Positions 9,833 through 20,139 of a stretch of 32,000 nucleotides of DNA are shown here, one piece after another. The stretch comes from Bacillus subtilis subsp. subtilis str. 168 (GTDB taxonomy: Bacteria > Bacillota > Bacilli > Bacillales > Bacillaceae): NCBI RefSeq assembly GCF_000009045.1, contig NC_000964.3:1650001-1682000 (forward strand), written 5' to 3'. The stretch's first letter is position 1; each line of letters starts with the position of its first letter. Below the pieces are notes generated by a model. That model worked only from the letters and a program-made list of their open reading frames with translations, had not been told where the DNA came from and did not search any database. A program made the translations under genes and the position numbers.

Positions 9833-11858
9833 TATAGCTAACATTAAGGGTATTGGGCCGGAAACAGAAAAAACATTGAATGAACTCGGTATTTATGACA
9901 TTTCTGATCTTCTGAATTATTTCCCTTATCGCTATGATGACTACGAGCTGAGGGATTTAGAAGAAGTAAAGCATGATGAAAGAGTCACAGTCGAAGGGAA
10001 GGTTCATTCAGAGCCTTCTCTTACCTATTACGGAAAAAAACGAAACAGGCTGACATTCAGGCTTCTGGTCGGCCACTATTTAATCACAGCCGTATGTTTT
10101 AACCGGCCTTATTTGAAGAAGAAGCTTTCGCTCGGCTCTGTGGTGACGGTTTCAGGTAAATGGGACAAGCACCGCCAAACCATCTCTGTTCAGGAGTTGA
10201 AAAACGGGCCGCATCAAGAAGACAAAAGCATTGAACCAGTGTATTCTGTGAAAGAAAATGTTACCGTCAAAATGATGAGGCGCTTTATTCAGCAGGCGCT
10301 GACCCAATATGCAGACTCACTTCCTGATCCTCTTCCGGAAAAGCTAAGAAAAAGCTATAAACTGCCTGACTATTATCAAGCGTTAAAAGCAATGCACCAG
10401 CCTGAAACAAGGGAAGCATTAAAGCTTGCCAGACGGCGGTTTGTTTATGAAGAATTTTTGTTGTTTCAGTTGAAAATGCAGGCGTTCCGAAAGGCGGAAA
10501 GAGAGCAGACACAAGGGATACGGCAGCGTTTTTCAAACGAAGAACTCATGAGATTTATCAAAAGCCTCCCGTTTCCCCTCACAAACGCCCAGTCACGCGT
10601 TCTTCGCGAAATAACAGCAGACATGTCTTCTCCATACAGAATGAACCGTCTTCTTCAAGGGGACGTTGGATCAGGAAAAACGGCAGTCGCCGCCATTGCA
10701 CTGTATGCCGCGATCCTATCCGGATACCAAGGAGCGCTCATGGTGCCGACAGAAATTCTGGCCGAGCAGCATGCTGATTCGCTCGTTTCGCTATTTGAAA
10801 AATGGGACGTCAGCGTTGCTCTTTTGACAAGCTCTGTTAAAGGAAAGCGGCGAAAAGAACTGCTTGAGCGTCTTGCGGCGGGTGAGATTGATATTCTTGT
10901 AGGAACCCATGCTTTAATCCAAGACGAGGTGGAGTTTAAGGCGTTGAGTCTCGTTATTACTGATGAACAGCACAGATTTGGAGTTGAGCAGCGCAAAAAG
11001 CTTCGGAACAAAGGGCAGGATCCCGATGTTCTCTTTATGACAGCCACTCCAATCCCAAGAACATTAGCGATCACAGTATTCGGTGAAATGGATGTATCTG
11101 TCATTGATGAGATGCCGGCTGGACGAAAGCGAATTGAAACCTATTGGGTAAAACATGACATGCTTGATCGTATTTTGGCATTTGTCGAAAAAGAATTAAA
11201 GCAAGGCAGGCAGGCTTATATCATCTGTCCGCTGATTGAAGAATCAGATAAGCTTGATGTGCAAAACGCCATTGACGTGTACAATATGCTTTCTGATATT
11301 TTTCGGGGAAAATGGAATGTCGGCCTTATGCATGGAAAGCTGCATTCCGATGAAAAAGATCAGGTCATGAGAGAATTCAGCGCAAATCACTGTCAAATTC
11401 TCGTATCAACCACTGTTGTGGAGGTTGGCGTAAATGTTCCGAATGCAACAATTATGGTGATTTATGACGCCGACCGTTTCGGACTATCACAGCTTCACCA
11501 GCTGCGCGGCCGTGTTGGACGGGGTGAGCATCAATCTTTCTGTATTCTGATGGCTGATCCAAAATCAGAAACAGGGAAAGAACGGATGAGGATCATGTCG
11601 GAGACCAATGACGGTTTCGAGCTGTCTGAAAAGGATCTGGAACTGAGAGGTCCCGGTGATTTCTTCGGGAAAAAACAAAGCGGAATGCCGGAATTTAAAG
11701 TGGCGGACATGGTTCATGATTACAGAGCGCTTGAAACGGCAAGGCAGGATGCTGCGAATCTTGTGGCTTCTGACGCGTTCTGGAAGGAGCCGGAATACGC
11801 TGTGTTAAGAGATGAATTGCTGAAGAGCGGAGTAATGGACGGGGAAAAATTAAGCTGA
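9810..11858 (+). CDS. recG: ATP-dependent DNA helicase RecG
   Basis: 682 aa with a GTG start lying 23 nt inside the end of sdaAA. It has an N-terminal wedge/OB region, Walker A GDVGSGKT, DEQH box DEQHRFG, and QLRGRVGRG. Confidence 0.92.
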   Translation: MKQHQQTSIANIKGIGPETEKTLNELGIYDISDLLNYFPYRYDDYELRDLEEVKHDERVTVEGKVHSEPSLTYYGKKRNRLTFRLLVGHYLITAVCFNRPYLKKKLSLGSVVTVSGKWDKHRQTISVQELKNGPHQEDKSIEPVYSVKENVTVKMMRRFIQQALTQYADSLPDPLPEKLRKSYKLPDYYQALKAMHQPETREALKLARRRFVYEEFLLFQLKMQAFRKAEREQTQGIRQRFSNEELMRFIKSLPFPLTNAQSRVLREITADMSSPYRMNRLLQGDVGSGKTAVAAIALYAAILSGYQGALMVPTEILAEQHADSLVSLFEKWDVSVALLTSSVKGKRRKELLERLAAGEIDILVGTHALIQDEVEFKALSLVITDEQHRFGVEQRKKLRNKGQDPDVLFMTATPIPRTLAITVFGEMDVSVIDEMPAGRKRIETYWVKHDMLDRILAFVEKELKQGRQAYIICPLIEESDKLDVQNAIDVYNMLSDIFRGKWNVGLMHGKLHSDEKDQVMREFSANHCQILVSTTVVEVGVNVPNATIMVIYDADRFGLSQLHQLRGRVGRGEHQSFCILMADPKSETGKERMRIMSETNDGFELSEKDLELRGPGDFFGKKQSGMPEFKVADMVHDYRALETARQDAANLVASDAFWKEPEYAVLRDELLKSGVMDGEKLS

Positions 11859-11895
11859 GTATCAGAAGTTTTTGGTGTTCAGCCAGAAACAATCG

Positions 11896-11924
11896 TTGCA
11901 TTCCAATCTATGAAATTATATACT
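11896..11924 (+). promoter_or_regulatory. Candidate SigA promoter of the fapR-plsX-fabD-fabG operon (TTGCAT-17-TATACT)
   Basis: The -35 TTGCAT is at 11896-11901 and the -10 TATACT at 11919-11924, with an exact 17-nt spacer about 43 nt upstream of the fapR ATG. Confidence 0.55.
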
Positions 11925-11928
11925 ACTA

Positions 11929-11946
11929 TTAGTACCTAGTCTTAAT
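11929..11946 (+). promoter_or_regulatory. Candidate FapR operator (imperfect inverted repeat TTAGTACCTAGTCTTAAT)
   Basis: An AT-rich imperfect palindrome (half-sites ATTAGTAC and GTCTTAAT) lies immediately downstream of the -10. The position and TTAGTAC core fit my recollection of FapR boxes that overlap the transcription start of fap-regulon promoters. Confidence 0.5.
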
Positions 11947-11966
11947 TGTCCGGATGGTGTTTAGAT

Positions 11967-12533
11967 ATGAGAAGAAATAAGAGAGAACGCCAGGAATTAC
12001 TTCAGCAGACGATTCAAGCAACCCCCTTTATTACAGATGAAGAACTAGCGGGTAAATTCGGGGTGAGCATCCAGACGATACGTTTGGACCGCTTAGAGCT
12101 TTCCATACCTGAACTGAGAGAAAGAATTAAGAACGTGGCAGAGAAAACACTTGAGGACGAAGTGAAGTCCCTGTCACTTGATGAAGTTATCGGAGAAATT
12201 ATTGACCTTGAGCTGGATGATCAGGCGATATCCATTTTAGAAATAAAACAGGAGCACGTGTTCAGCCGGAATCAGATTGCGAGAGGACACCATTTATTTG
12301 CACAGGCGAATTCTTTGGCCGTTGCAGTCATTGATGACGAGCTGGCGCTGACTGCAAGTGCAGACATCCGCTTTACAAGACAGGTAAAGCAGGGTGAACG
12401 TGTCGTAGCAAAAGCGAAAGTGACGGCTGTCGAAAAAGAAAAAGGAAGAACGGTTGTCGAAGTGAACAGCTACGTTGGCGAAGAAATTGTTTTTTCTGGA
12501 CGCTTTGACATGTATCGTTCAAAACATTCATAA
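11967..12533 (+). CDS. fapR: Fatty acid/phospholipid synthesis repressor FapR (HTH + hot-dog malonyl-CoA sensing domain)
   Basis: I moved the start from 11946 to ATG 11967 ([14 protein letters not shown]...), because the longer form would begin inside the operator. The product is 188 aa. Confidence 0.92.
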   Translation: MRRNKRERQELLQQTIQATPFITDEELAGKFGVSIQTIRLDRLELSIPELRERIKNVAEKTLEDEVKSLSLDEVIGEIIDLELDDQAISILEIKQEHVFSRNQIARGHHLFAQANSLAVAVIDDELALTASADIRFTRQVKQGERVVAKAKVTAVEKEKGRTVVEVNSYVGEEIVFSGRFDMYRSKHS

Positions 12534-12546
12534 AGGTGGAGCATGC

Positions 12547-13548
12547 ATGAGAATAGCTGTAGATGCAATGGGAGGAGACCACGCTCCCAAAGCTGTTATT
12601 GACGGAGTTATAAAAGGTATAGAGGCATTTGATGATCTCCATATCACACTTGTCGGTGACAAAACAACGATAGAATCACATTTAACAACTACATCAGATC
12701 GCATCACGGTGCTGCACGCAGATGAAGTGATTGAGCCTACGGATGAACCGGTCCGTGCCGTGCGAAGAAAAAAGAACTCATCTATGGTTCTTATGGCGCA
12801 GGAGGTTGCGGAAAACAGAGCTGACGCCTGCATTTCAGCGGGAAATACCGGTGCATTAATGACAGCCGGTCTCTTTATTGTCGGGAGAATTAAAGGAATT
12901 GACCGTCCGGCGCTTGCTCCGACACTTCCGACTGTTTCGGGAGACGGATTTCTTCTCCTTGATGTCGGCGCCAATGTCGATGCCAAACCGGAGCACCTCG
13001 TTCAATATGCCATCATGGGTTCTGTTTATTCTCAGCAAGTGCGCGGTGTCACTTCACCGAGAGTCGGACTTTTAAATGTCGGAACAGAAGATAAAAAAGG
13101 AAACGAACTGACGAAGCAGACGTTTCAAATTTTAAAAGAAACAGCAAACATCAATTTTATCGGAAACGTGGAAGCGCGAGACCTTTTAGATGATGTGGCG
13201 GATGTTGTAGTAACAGACGGCTTTACCGGGAATGTTACACTCAAAACGCTGGAAGGCTCTGCGTTGTCAATTTTTAAAATGATGAGAGACGTAATGACGT
13301 CTACTTTGACATCCAAGCTTGCAGCAGCTGTGCTGAAACCAAAATTGAAAGAAATGAAAATGAAAATGGAGTATTCGAATTATGGCGGAGCAAGTCTTTT
13401 TGGCTTAAAAGCGCCTGTGATCAAGGCGCACGGCTCTTCAGATTCAAATGCTGTATTCCATGCGATTCGGCAAGCAAGAGAGATGGTCAGCCAAAATGTG
13501 GCTGCGCTCATTCAGGAAGAAGTGAAAGAAGAAAAAACAGATGAGTAG
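12547..13548 (+). CDS. plsX: Phosphate acyltransferase PlsX
   Basis: I moved the start from 12475 to ATG 12547 ([17 protein letters not shown]...), which follows AAAGGTGGAG. The product is 333 aa. Confidence 0.95.
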   Translation: MRIAVDAMGGDHAPKAVIDGVIKGIEAFDDLHITLVGDKTTIESHLTTTSDRITVLHADEVIEPTDEPVRAVRRKKNSSMVLMAQEVAENRADACISAGNTGALMTAGLFIVGRIKGIDRPALAPTLPTVSGDGFLLLDVGANVDAKPEHLVQYAIMGSVYSQQVRGVTSPRVGLLNVGTEDKKGNELTKQTFQILKETANINFIGNVEARDLLDDVADVVVTDGFTGNVTLKTLEGSALSIFKMMRDVMTSTLTSKLAAAVLKPKLKEMKMKMEYSNYGGASLFGLKAPVIKAHGSSDSNAVFHAIRQAREMVSQNVAALIQEEVKEEKTDE

Positions 13549-13566
13549 TCTGGAGGTTTTTACATC

Positions 13567-14520
13567 ATGAGTAAGATTGCATTTTTATTCCCGGGTCAGG
13601 GATCACAATTTATCGGCATGGGAAAAGAGCTTTATGAGCAGGTGCCTGCTGCAAAGCGTCTGTTTGATGAAGCCGATGAAACGTTGGAAACAAAACTCAG
13701 CTCGCTTATTTTTGAGGGGGATGCTGAAGAATTAACACTTACATACAATGCGCAGCCTGCTTTGCTTACGACAAGCATCGCTGTTCTTGAGAAATTTAAA
13801 GAATCTGGCATTACACCTGATTTCACAGCAGGACACAGCCTTGGTGAATATTCTGCACTGGTTGCGGCTGGCGCTCTGTCTTTCAAAGATGCTGTTTATA
13901 CTGTCAGAAAGCGCGGAGAGTTTATGAATGAAGCGGTGCCGGCTGGCGAAGGAGCAATGGCTGCGATTCTCGGCATGGATGCTGAAGCATTAAAGCAAGT
14001 AACCGATAAAGTCACAGAGGAAGGCAACCTTGTACAGCTTGCGAATCTCAACTGTCCTGGCCAAATCGTCATTTCCGGAACAGCTAAAGGGGTTGAGCTT
14101 GCATCTGAACTGGCAAAAGAGAACGGCGCAAAACGCGCAATTCCGCTTGAAGTAAGCGGTCCGTTCCATTCTGAACTGATGAAACCGGCTGCTGAAAAGC
14201 TGAAAGAGGTATTGGACGCCTGTGACATAAAAGACGCTGACGTTCCGGTCATCTCAAATGTTTCTGCTGACGTGATGACTGAAAAAGCAGATATCAAAGA
14301 AAAACTTATTGAGCAGCTTTACTCTCCGGTTCGTTTTGAGGAAAGCATTAACAAGCTGATCGCAGAGGGTGTTACGACTTTTATTGAAATCGGTCCCGGA
14401 AAAGTGCTTTCAGGCCTTGTGAAAAAAGTGAATAGACGGTTAAAAACAATTGCTGTATCAGATCCGGAAACGATCGAGCTGGCAATTCAAACGCTTAAGG
14501 AGGAGAATGATAATGCTTAA
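13567..14520 (+). CDS. fabD: Malonyl-CoA:ACP transacylase
   Basis: 317 aa. It has FLFPGQGSQ, the active-site motif GHSLGEYSA, and the start/stop context SGGAGG. Confidence 0.96.
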   Translation: MSKIAFLFPGQGSQFIGMGKELYEQVPAAKRLFDEADETLETKLSSLIFEGDAEELTLTYNAQPALLTTSIAVLEKFKESGITPDFTAGHSLGEYSALVAAGALSFKDAVYTVRKRGEFMNEAVPAGEGAMAAILGMDAEALKQVTDKVTEEGNLVQLANLNCPGQIVISGTAKGVELASELAKENGAKRAIPLEVSGPFHSELMKPAAEKLKEVLDACDIKDADVPVISNVSADVMTEKADIKEKLIEQLYSPVRFEESINKLIAEGVTTFIEIGPGKVLSGLVKKVNRRLKTIAVSDPETIELAIQTLKEENDNA

Positions 14521-15253
14521 TGATAAAACGGCTATTGTCACTGGCGCATCCCGCGGAATCGGCCGCTCAATCGCCCTTGATCTGGCAAAAAGCGGAGCAA
14601 ATGTTGTCGTGAACTACTCCGGCAATGAAGCGAAAGCAAATGAAGTGGTAGATGAAATCAAATCAATGGGCAGAAAAGCAATTGCTGTAAAAGCGGATGT
14701 ATCAAATCCCGAAGATGTACAAAACATGATAAAAGAAACATTGTCTGTTTTTTCTACGATTGACATTCTGGTTAATAATGCGGGAATTACAAGAGACAAT
14801 CTCATCATGAGAATGAAAGAAGACGAATGGGATGACGTCATTAACATTAACCTGAAGGGTGTTTTCAACTGCACAAAAGCTGTTACAAGACAAATGATGA
14901 AACAGCGTTCAGGCCGCATTATTAACGTATCGTCTATCGTCGGCGTCAGCGGAAACCCTGGACAAGCCAACTACGTGGCTGCAAAAGCCGGCGTCATCGG
15001 TTTAACCAAATCTTCTGCTAAAGAGCTCGCCAGCCGAAATATTACGGTAAACGCAATAGCGCCAGGATTTATCTCAACTGATATGACAGATAAACTTGCA
15101 AAAGACGTTCAAGACGAAATGCTGAAACAAATTCCGCTCGCGCGCTTTGGTGAACCTAGCGATGTCAGCAGTGTTGTCACGTTCCTAGCTTCAGAGGGAG
15201 CTCGTTATATGACAGGCCAAACGCTTCATATTGACGGCGGAATGGTGATGTAA
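14513..15253 (+). CDS. fabG: 3-oxoacyl-ACP reductase
   Basis: I moved the start from 14450 to ATG 14513 ([17 protein letters not shown]), which follows AAGGAGGAG. It overlaps the fabD stop by 8 nt. SDR motifs are [12 protein letters not shown] and Y-x3-K (YVAAKAG). The product is 246 aa. Confidence 0.95.
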   Translation: MLNDKTAIVTGASRGIGRSIALDLAKSGANVVVNYSGNEAKANEVVDEIKSMGRKAIAVKADVSNPEDVQNMIKETLSVFSTIDILVNNAGITRDNLIMRMKEDEWDDVININLKGVFNCTKAVTRQMMKQRSGRIINVSSIVGVSGNPGQANYVAAKAGVIGLTKSSAKELASRNITVNAIAPGFISTDMTDKLAKDVQDEMLKQIPLARFGEPSDVSSVVTFLASEGARYMTGQTLHIDGGMVM

Positions 15254-15308
15254 GTTTTTTCTCGAAAATTTCATCGTAGTTTCTCTAGTTTTTTAAAAAC
15301 GAATCCAC

Positions 15309-15314
15309 TATAAT
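15309..15314 (+). promoter_or_regulatory. Perfect TATAAT hexamer upstream of acpA (possible internal promoter, weak -35)
   Basis: TATAAT lies 23 nt upstream of the acpA ATG, in the 83-nt fabG-acpA gap. No good TTGACA-like element is found at 16-18 nt. Confidence 0.3.
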
Positions 15315-15336
15315 ACTTGAGGGGAGGTGAATTGCT

Positions 15337-15570
15337 ATGGCAGACACATTAGAGCGTGTAACGAAAATCATCGTAGATCGCCTTGGCGTTGATGAAGCAG
15401 ACGTCAAACTTGAAGCTTCTTTCAAGGAAGACTTAGGTGCTGATTCCCTAGATGTAGTTGAGCTTGTTATGGAACTTGAAGACGAGTTTGATATGGAGAT
15501 TTCTGACGAAGATGCTGAAAAGATTGCAACAGTCGGCGACGCTGTGAACTACATACAAAACCAGCAATAA
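15337..15570 (+). CDS. acpA: Acyl carrier protein
   Basis: 77 aa with RBS GAGGGGAGGTG. The phosphopantetheine-attachment motif is [10 protein letters not shown]. Confidence 0.97.
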   Translation: MADTLERVTKIIVDRLGVDEADVKLEASFKEDLGADSLDVVELVMELEDEFDMEISDEDAEKIATVGDAVNYIQNQQ

Positions 15571-15580
15571 GCTGATGCTA

Positions 15581-15606
15581 AAAGTCCCGCCGAAACGCGG
15601 GGCTTT
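15581..15606 (+). terminator. Stem-loop after acpA (partial terminator or processing hairpin)
   Basis: AAAGTCCCGC (15581-15590) pairs with GCGGGGCTTT (15597-15606) with one G-U pair. The loop is CGAAAC and the U-tract is poor. Confidence 0.4.
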
Positions 15607-15709
15607 AGCCCTTTATTCGTGCAGTTATTACAGCATGCCGCTTTTACGCGCGCTGTATCCGGTTTAGTCAGAGAAGCGCGGTGAACCTGATGTGCCTATG
15701 GAGGTTACT

Positions 15710-16459
15710 ATGTCAAAACACTCACATTATAAAGATAAAAAAAAGTTCTATAAAAAAGTAGAACAATTTAAAGAGTTTCAAGAACGGATTTCGGTTCACT
15801 TTCAAAATGAAAAGCTTTTGTATCAAGCATTTACACATTCATCTTATGTGAATGAGCATCGGAAAAAGCCGTATGAAGATAATGAAAGGCTTGAATTTTT
15901 AGGTGACGCTGTTTTGGAACTGACGATCTCCAGATTCTTATTTGCCAAATACCCGGCTATGAGTGAAGGAGATTTGACGAAATTGAGAGCCGCAATTGTT
16001 TGCGAACCGTCTCTCGTTTCATTGGCTCACGAGCTGTCATTCGGCGATCTTGTCCTGTTGGGTAAAGGCGAGGAAATGACAGGCGGAAGAAAGCGTCCTG
16101 CTCTATTGGCGGATGTTTTTGAGGCATTTATCGGAGCCTTGTACCTTGACCAAGGATTAGAGCCGGTCGAAAGTTTCTTAAAAGTTTATGTGTTCCCTAA
16201 AATTAACGATGGTGCTTTTTCTCATGTGATGGATTTCAAAAGCCAGCTGCAGGAATACGTGCAGCGGGACGGCAAAGGCTCTCTGGAGTATAAAATCTCC
16301 AACGAAAAAGGACCTGCGCACAACCGTGAATTTGAAGCCATCGTATCTCTAAAAGGTGAACCACTCGGAGTCGGAAACGGCCGTTCAAAGAAAGAAGCCG
16401 AACAGCACGCTGCTCAGGAAGCTTTAGCTAAATTGCAAAAACACCATACGAAACAATAA
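15710..16459 (+). CDS. rnc: Ribonuclease III
   Basis: I moved the start from 15692 to ATG 15710 ([12 protein letters not shown]...), which follows GGAGGT. The RNase III signature [12 protein letters not shown] is present, with a C-terminal dsRBD. The product is 249 aa. Confidence 0.92.
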
Positions 16460-16486
16460 AATCCCCCTTATGACTCAGGGGGATTT
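16459..16486 (+). terminator. Stem-loop after rnc (candidate weak terminator)
   Basis: AAATCCCCCT (16459-16468) pairs with AGGGGGATTT (16477-16486), a perfect 10-bp stem. There is no strong downstream T-run. Confidence 0.45.
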
Positions 16487-16520
16487 CAGTATGTATGCCG
16501 TCTTATTTGACCAATGTTTA

Positions 16521-16529
16521 TGATAGAAT
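16521..16529 (+). promoter_or_regulatory. Extended -10 element TGaTAGAAT upstream of smc
   Basis: TGATAGAAT lies 31 nt upstream of the smc ATG. The -35 region is weak, which extended -10 promoters tolerate. Confidence 0.35.
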
Positions 16530-16559
16530 TGAAATACTTATTACATAAGGAGGATCGCT

Positions 16560-19500
16560 ATGTTCCTCAAACGTTTAGACGTTATAGGATTTAAATCATT
16601 TGCAGAACGGATTTCCGTAGACTTCGTTAAAGGCGTGACAGCAGTTGTCGGGCCGAACGGAAGCGGAAAAAGCAACATCACGGATGCCATTCGCTGGGTT
16701 CTCGGCGAACAATCGGCACGCTCTCTTCGCGGCGGAAAAATGGAAGACATCATTTTTGCTGGGAGTGATTCAAGAAAGCGATTAAATCTAGCTGAAGTTA
16801 CGCTTACTCTTGATAATGATGATCATTTCTTGCCAATTGACTTCCACGAGGTGAGTGTCACAAGACGTGTGTACAGATCAGGTGAGAGTGAGTTTCTGAT
16901 TAACAATCAGCCATGCCGCTTGAAAGATATTATTGATTTATTTATGGACTCTGGGCTTGGTAAAGAAGCATTTTCTATTATCAGCCAAGGGAAAGTGGAA
17001 GAGATCCTGAGCAGCAAAGCGGAGGATCGCCGCAGTATCTTTGAAGAAGCGGCCGGGGTGCTTAAATATAAAACGAGAAAGAAAAAAGCAGAAAATAAAC
17101 TGTTTGAGACACAGGACAATCTAAATCGGGTAGAAGATATATTACATGAGCTTGAAGGACAGGTTGAACCTCTTAAAATTCAAGCTTCAATAGCGAAAGA
17201 CTACCTTGAGAAAAAGAAAGAGCTGGAGCATGTTGAAATTGCGCTGACTGCCTATGATATCGAAGAGCTGCATGGTAAATGGTCGACTCTTAAAGAGAAA
17301 GTGCAGATGGCAAAAGAAGAAGAGCTTGCTGAATCGTCTGCTATTTCTGCGAAAGAAGCAAAGATTGAGGATACAAGGGACAAAATACAAGCGCTTGATG
17401 AGTCAGTAGATGAGCTCCAGCAAGTTTTACTGGTAACTAGTGAAGAGCTGGAAAAGCTTGAAGGCCGTAAAGAAGTCCTGAAAGAACGAAAGAAAAACGC
17501 TGTGCAAAACCAAGAACAGCTTGAAGAAGCCATCGTTCAGTTCCAGCAAAAAGAAACGGTTCTGAAAGAAGAGCTTTCGAAGCAGGAAGCTGTCTTCGAA
17601 ACGCTTCAGGCTGAGGTGAAGCAGTTAAGGGCGCAAGTAAAAGAAAAACAGCAGGCTCTCAGTCTTCACAATGAAAATGTCGAAGAGAAAATCGAGCAGC
17701 TGAAAAGTGATTATTTTGAGCTGTTAAACAGCCAGGCTTCGATACGCAACGAACTCCAGCTTCTTGATGACCAGATGTCCCAATCCGCTGTCACATTGCA
17801 GAGACTTGCGGACAACAATGAAAAGCACCTGCAGGAACGGCATGATATTTCTGCGCGTAAAGCCGCATGTGAAACGGAATTTGCCCGAATTGAGCAGGAG
17901 ATTCACAGTCAAGTCGGTGCATATCGTGATATGCAGACAAAATATGAGCAGAAAAAGCGCCAATACGAAAAAAATGAATCCGCTCTGTATCAGGCATACC
18001 AATACGTTCAGCAAGCGAGATCAAAAAAGGACATGCTTGAGACGATGCAGGGAGATTTCTCCGGCTTTTATCAAGGTGTTAAAGAAGTGCTGAAAGCGAA
18101 AGAGCGCCTTGGCGGAATTCGCGGAGCGGTTCTTGAGCTGATTTCTACAGAACAGAAGTATGAAACGGCCATTGAAATAGCGCTCGGCGCTTCTGCTCAA
18201 CACGTCGTGACCGACGATGAACAATCTGCCCGCAAAGCGATTCAATATTTAAAGCAGAATTCCTTCGGCCGGGCGACGTTTCTGCCTCTTTCTGTTATTA
18301 GAGACCGCCAGCTTCAAAGCCGTGACGCGGAAACAGCCGCCCGGCATTCATCATTTCTCGGGGTTGCCAGTGAACTTGTCACATTTGATCCTGCGTATCG
18401 AAGCGTCATCCAGAATCTTCTTGGAACCGTTCTGATCACAGAGGACTTAAAGGGTGCAAACGAGCTTGCGAAGCTTCTCGGGCACCGGTACCGCATCGTA
18501 ACCCTTGAGGGAGATGTTGTGAACCCCGGTGGTTCAATGACGGGCGGCGCGGTTAAAAAGAAAAATAACTCCCTCCTTGGAAGAAGCCGGGAGCTAGAAG
18601 ATGTGACGAAACGGCTCGCTGAAATGGAAGAGAAAACGGCACTGCTTGAACAAGAGGTCAAAACCCTTAAGCACTCCATTCAGGATATGGAGAAAAAACT
18701 GGCTGACTTAAGAGAAACCGGGGAAGGCTTAAGGTTAAAGCAGCAGGATGTGAAAGGCCAGCTGTACGAACTTCAAGTTGCCGAGAAAAATATCAATACC
18801 CATTTAGAGCTCTATGATCAAGAAAAATCTGCTCTGTCAGAAAGCGATGAAGAGAGAAAAGTGCGCAAACGCAAGCTTGAAGAAGAGCTCTCTGCCGTAT
18901 CTGAAAAGATGAAACAGCTTGAAGAGGACATAGACAGACTGACAAAACAAAAACAAACGCAATCCTCAACGAAAGAGTCTCTCTCCAACGAGCTGACTGA
19001 GCTGAAGATCGCAGCGGCCAAAAAAGAGCAGGCTTGCAAGGGGGAAGAGGACAACCTTGCCAGATTAAAGAAAGAGCTCACTGAAACAGAGCTTGCGTTA
19101 AAAGAAGCAAAAGAAGACTTAAGCTTCTTAACGTCAGAGATGTCATCTAGCACCAGCGGCGAAGAAAAGCTGGAAGAAGCAGCAAAACATAAATTGAATG
19201 ACAAAACGAAAACGATCGAACTGATTGCATTAAGGCGCGATCAGCGCATCAAGCTTCAGCATGGGCTTGATACGTATGAGCGTGAGCTGAAAGAAATGAA
19301 ACGCCTGTATAAACAAAAAACAACGCTCTTAAAAGACGAAGAAGTCAAACTTGGACGAATGGAAGTCGAGCTTGATAATTTACTCCAATACTTACGGGAG
19401 GAATACAGCTTGTCCTTTGAGGGGGCAAAAGAGAAATATCAGCTTGAAACTGATCCAGAGGAAGCCAGAAAGCGCGTGAAGCTGATTAAACTCGCAATTG

Positions 19501-20120
19501 AAGAGCTGGGTACCGTGAACCTCGGAAGCATAGATGAGTTTGAGAGGGTCAACGAACGGTACAAGTTTCTGTCGGAACAAAAAGAAGATTTAACAGAAGC
19601 GAAAAATACCTTGTTCCAAGTGATTGAAGAAATGGATGAAGAAATGACGAAGCGCTTTAACGACACATTCGTCCAAATCCGCTCACACTTTGATCAAGTT
19701 TTCCGCTCCTTATTCGGAGGAGGGCGAGCTGAACTGAGGCTCACCGATCCTAACGATCTGCTTCATTCAGGAGTCGAGATTATCGCTCAGCCGCCGGGGA
19801 AAAAGCTGCAAAACTTAAACCTCCTGTCAGGCGGAGAGCGTGCGCTTACTGCTATAGCGCTCTTATTCTCAATCCTAAAGGTTCGTCCAGTGCCGTTTTG
19901 CGTCCTTGACGAAGTAGAGGCTGCGCTCGACGAAGCGAATGTGTTCCGATTTGCGCAGTATTTAAAAAAATACAGCAGCGATACTCAGTTTATTGTGATT
20001 ACCCACAGAAAAGGAACGATGGAGGAAGCGGATGTGCTTTATGGCGTAACCATGCAGGAATCCGGTGTTTCCAAGGTAATTTCAGTTAAGCTGGAAGAAA
20101 CAAAAGAATTCGTTCAGTAA
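16560..20120 (+). CDS. smc: Chromosome condensation/segregation ATPase SMC
   Basis: 1186 aa with RBS AAGGAGGA. It has Walker A GPNGSGKSN, long heptad-rich coiled coils flanking a central hinge (GGIRGAVLELI...), the signature LSGGERALTAIALLF, and Walker B FCVLDEVEAALD. Confidence 0.97.
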   Translation: MFLKRLDVIGFKSFAERISVDFVKGVTAVVGPNGSGKSNITDAIRWVLGEQSARSLRGGKMEDIIFAGSDSRKRLNLAEVTLTLDNDDHFLPIDFHEVSVTRRVYRSGESEFLINNQPCRLKDIIDLFMDSGLGKEAFSIISQGKVEEILSSKAEDRRSIFEEAAGVLKYKTRKKKAENKLFETQDNLNRVEDILHELEGQVEPLKIQASIAKDYLEKKKELEHVEIALTAYDIEELHGKWSTLKEKVQMAKEEELAESSAISAKEAKIEDTRDKIQALDESVDELQQVLLVTSEELEKLEGRKEVLKERKKNAVQNQEQLEEAIVQFQQKETVLKEELSKQEAVFETLQAEVKQLRAQVKEKQQALSLHNENVEEKIEQLKSDYFELLNSQASIRNELQLLDDQMSQSAVTLQRLADNNEKHLQERHDISARKAACETEFARIEQEIHSQVGAYRDMQTKYEQKKRQYEKNESALYQAYQYVQQARSKKDMLETMQGDFSGFYQGVKEVLKAKERLGGIRGAVLELISTEQKYETAIEIALGASAQHVVTDDEQSARKAIQYLKQNSFGRATFLPLSVIRDRQLQSRDAETAARHSSFLGVASELVTFDPAYRSVIQNLLGTVLITEDLKGANELAKLLGHRYRIVTLEGDVVNPGGSMTGGAVKKKNNSLLGRSRELEDVTKRLAEMEEKTALLEQEVKTLKHSIQDMEKKLADLRETGEGLRLKQQDVKGQLYELQVAEKNINTHLELYDQEKSALSESDEERKVRKRKLEEELSAVSEKMKQLEEDIDRLTKQKQTQSSTKESLSNELTELKIAAAKKEQACKGEEDNLARLKKELTETELALKEAKEDLSFLTSEMSSSTSGEEKLEEAAKHKLNDKTKTIELIALRRDQRIKLQHGLDTYERELKEMKRLYKQKTTLLKDEEVKLGRMEVELDNLLQYLREEYSLSFEGAKEKYQLETDPEEARKRVKLIKLAIEELGTVNLGSIDEFERVNERYKFLSEQKEDLTEAKNTLFQVIEEMDEEMTKRFNDTFVQIRSHFDQVFRSLFGGGRAELRLTDPNDLLHSGVEIIAQPPGKKLQNLNLLSGGERALTAIALLFSILKVRPVPFCVLDEVEAALDEANVFRFAQYLKKYSSDTQFIVITHRKGTMEEADVLYGVTMQESGVSKVISVKLEETKEFVQ

Positions 20121-20139
20121 CGAGGAAAGAGGTTAAAAG

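Noticed and set aside
11868-11890. Hairpin after recG: GTTTTTGG pairs with CCAGAAAC, an 8-bp stem with one G-U pair.
   Set aside because: The stem is AU-rich and has no downstream U-tract, so the evidence is not strong enough to call a terminator.
15607-15709. Possible structured rnc leader (CGCGCT...AGCGCG), considered as an RNase III autoregulatory target.
   Set aside because: The stem is only 6 bp with a ~22-nt loop, and I cannot establish that this is more than chance from sequence alone.
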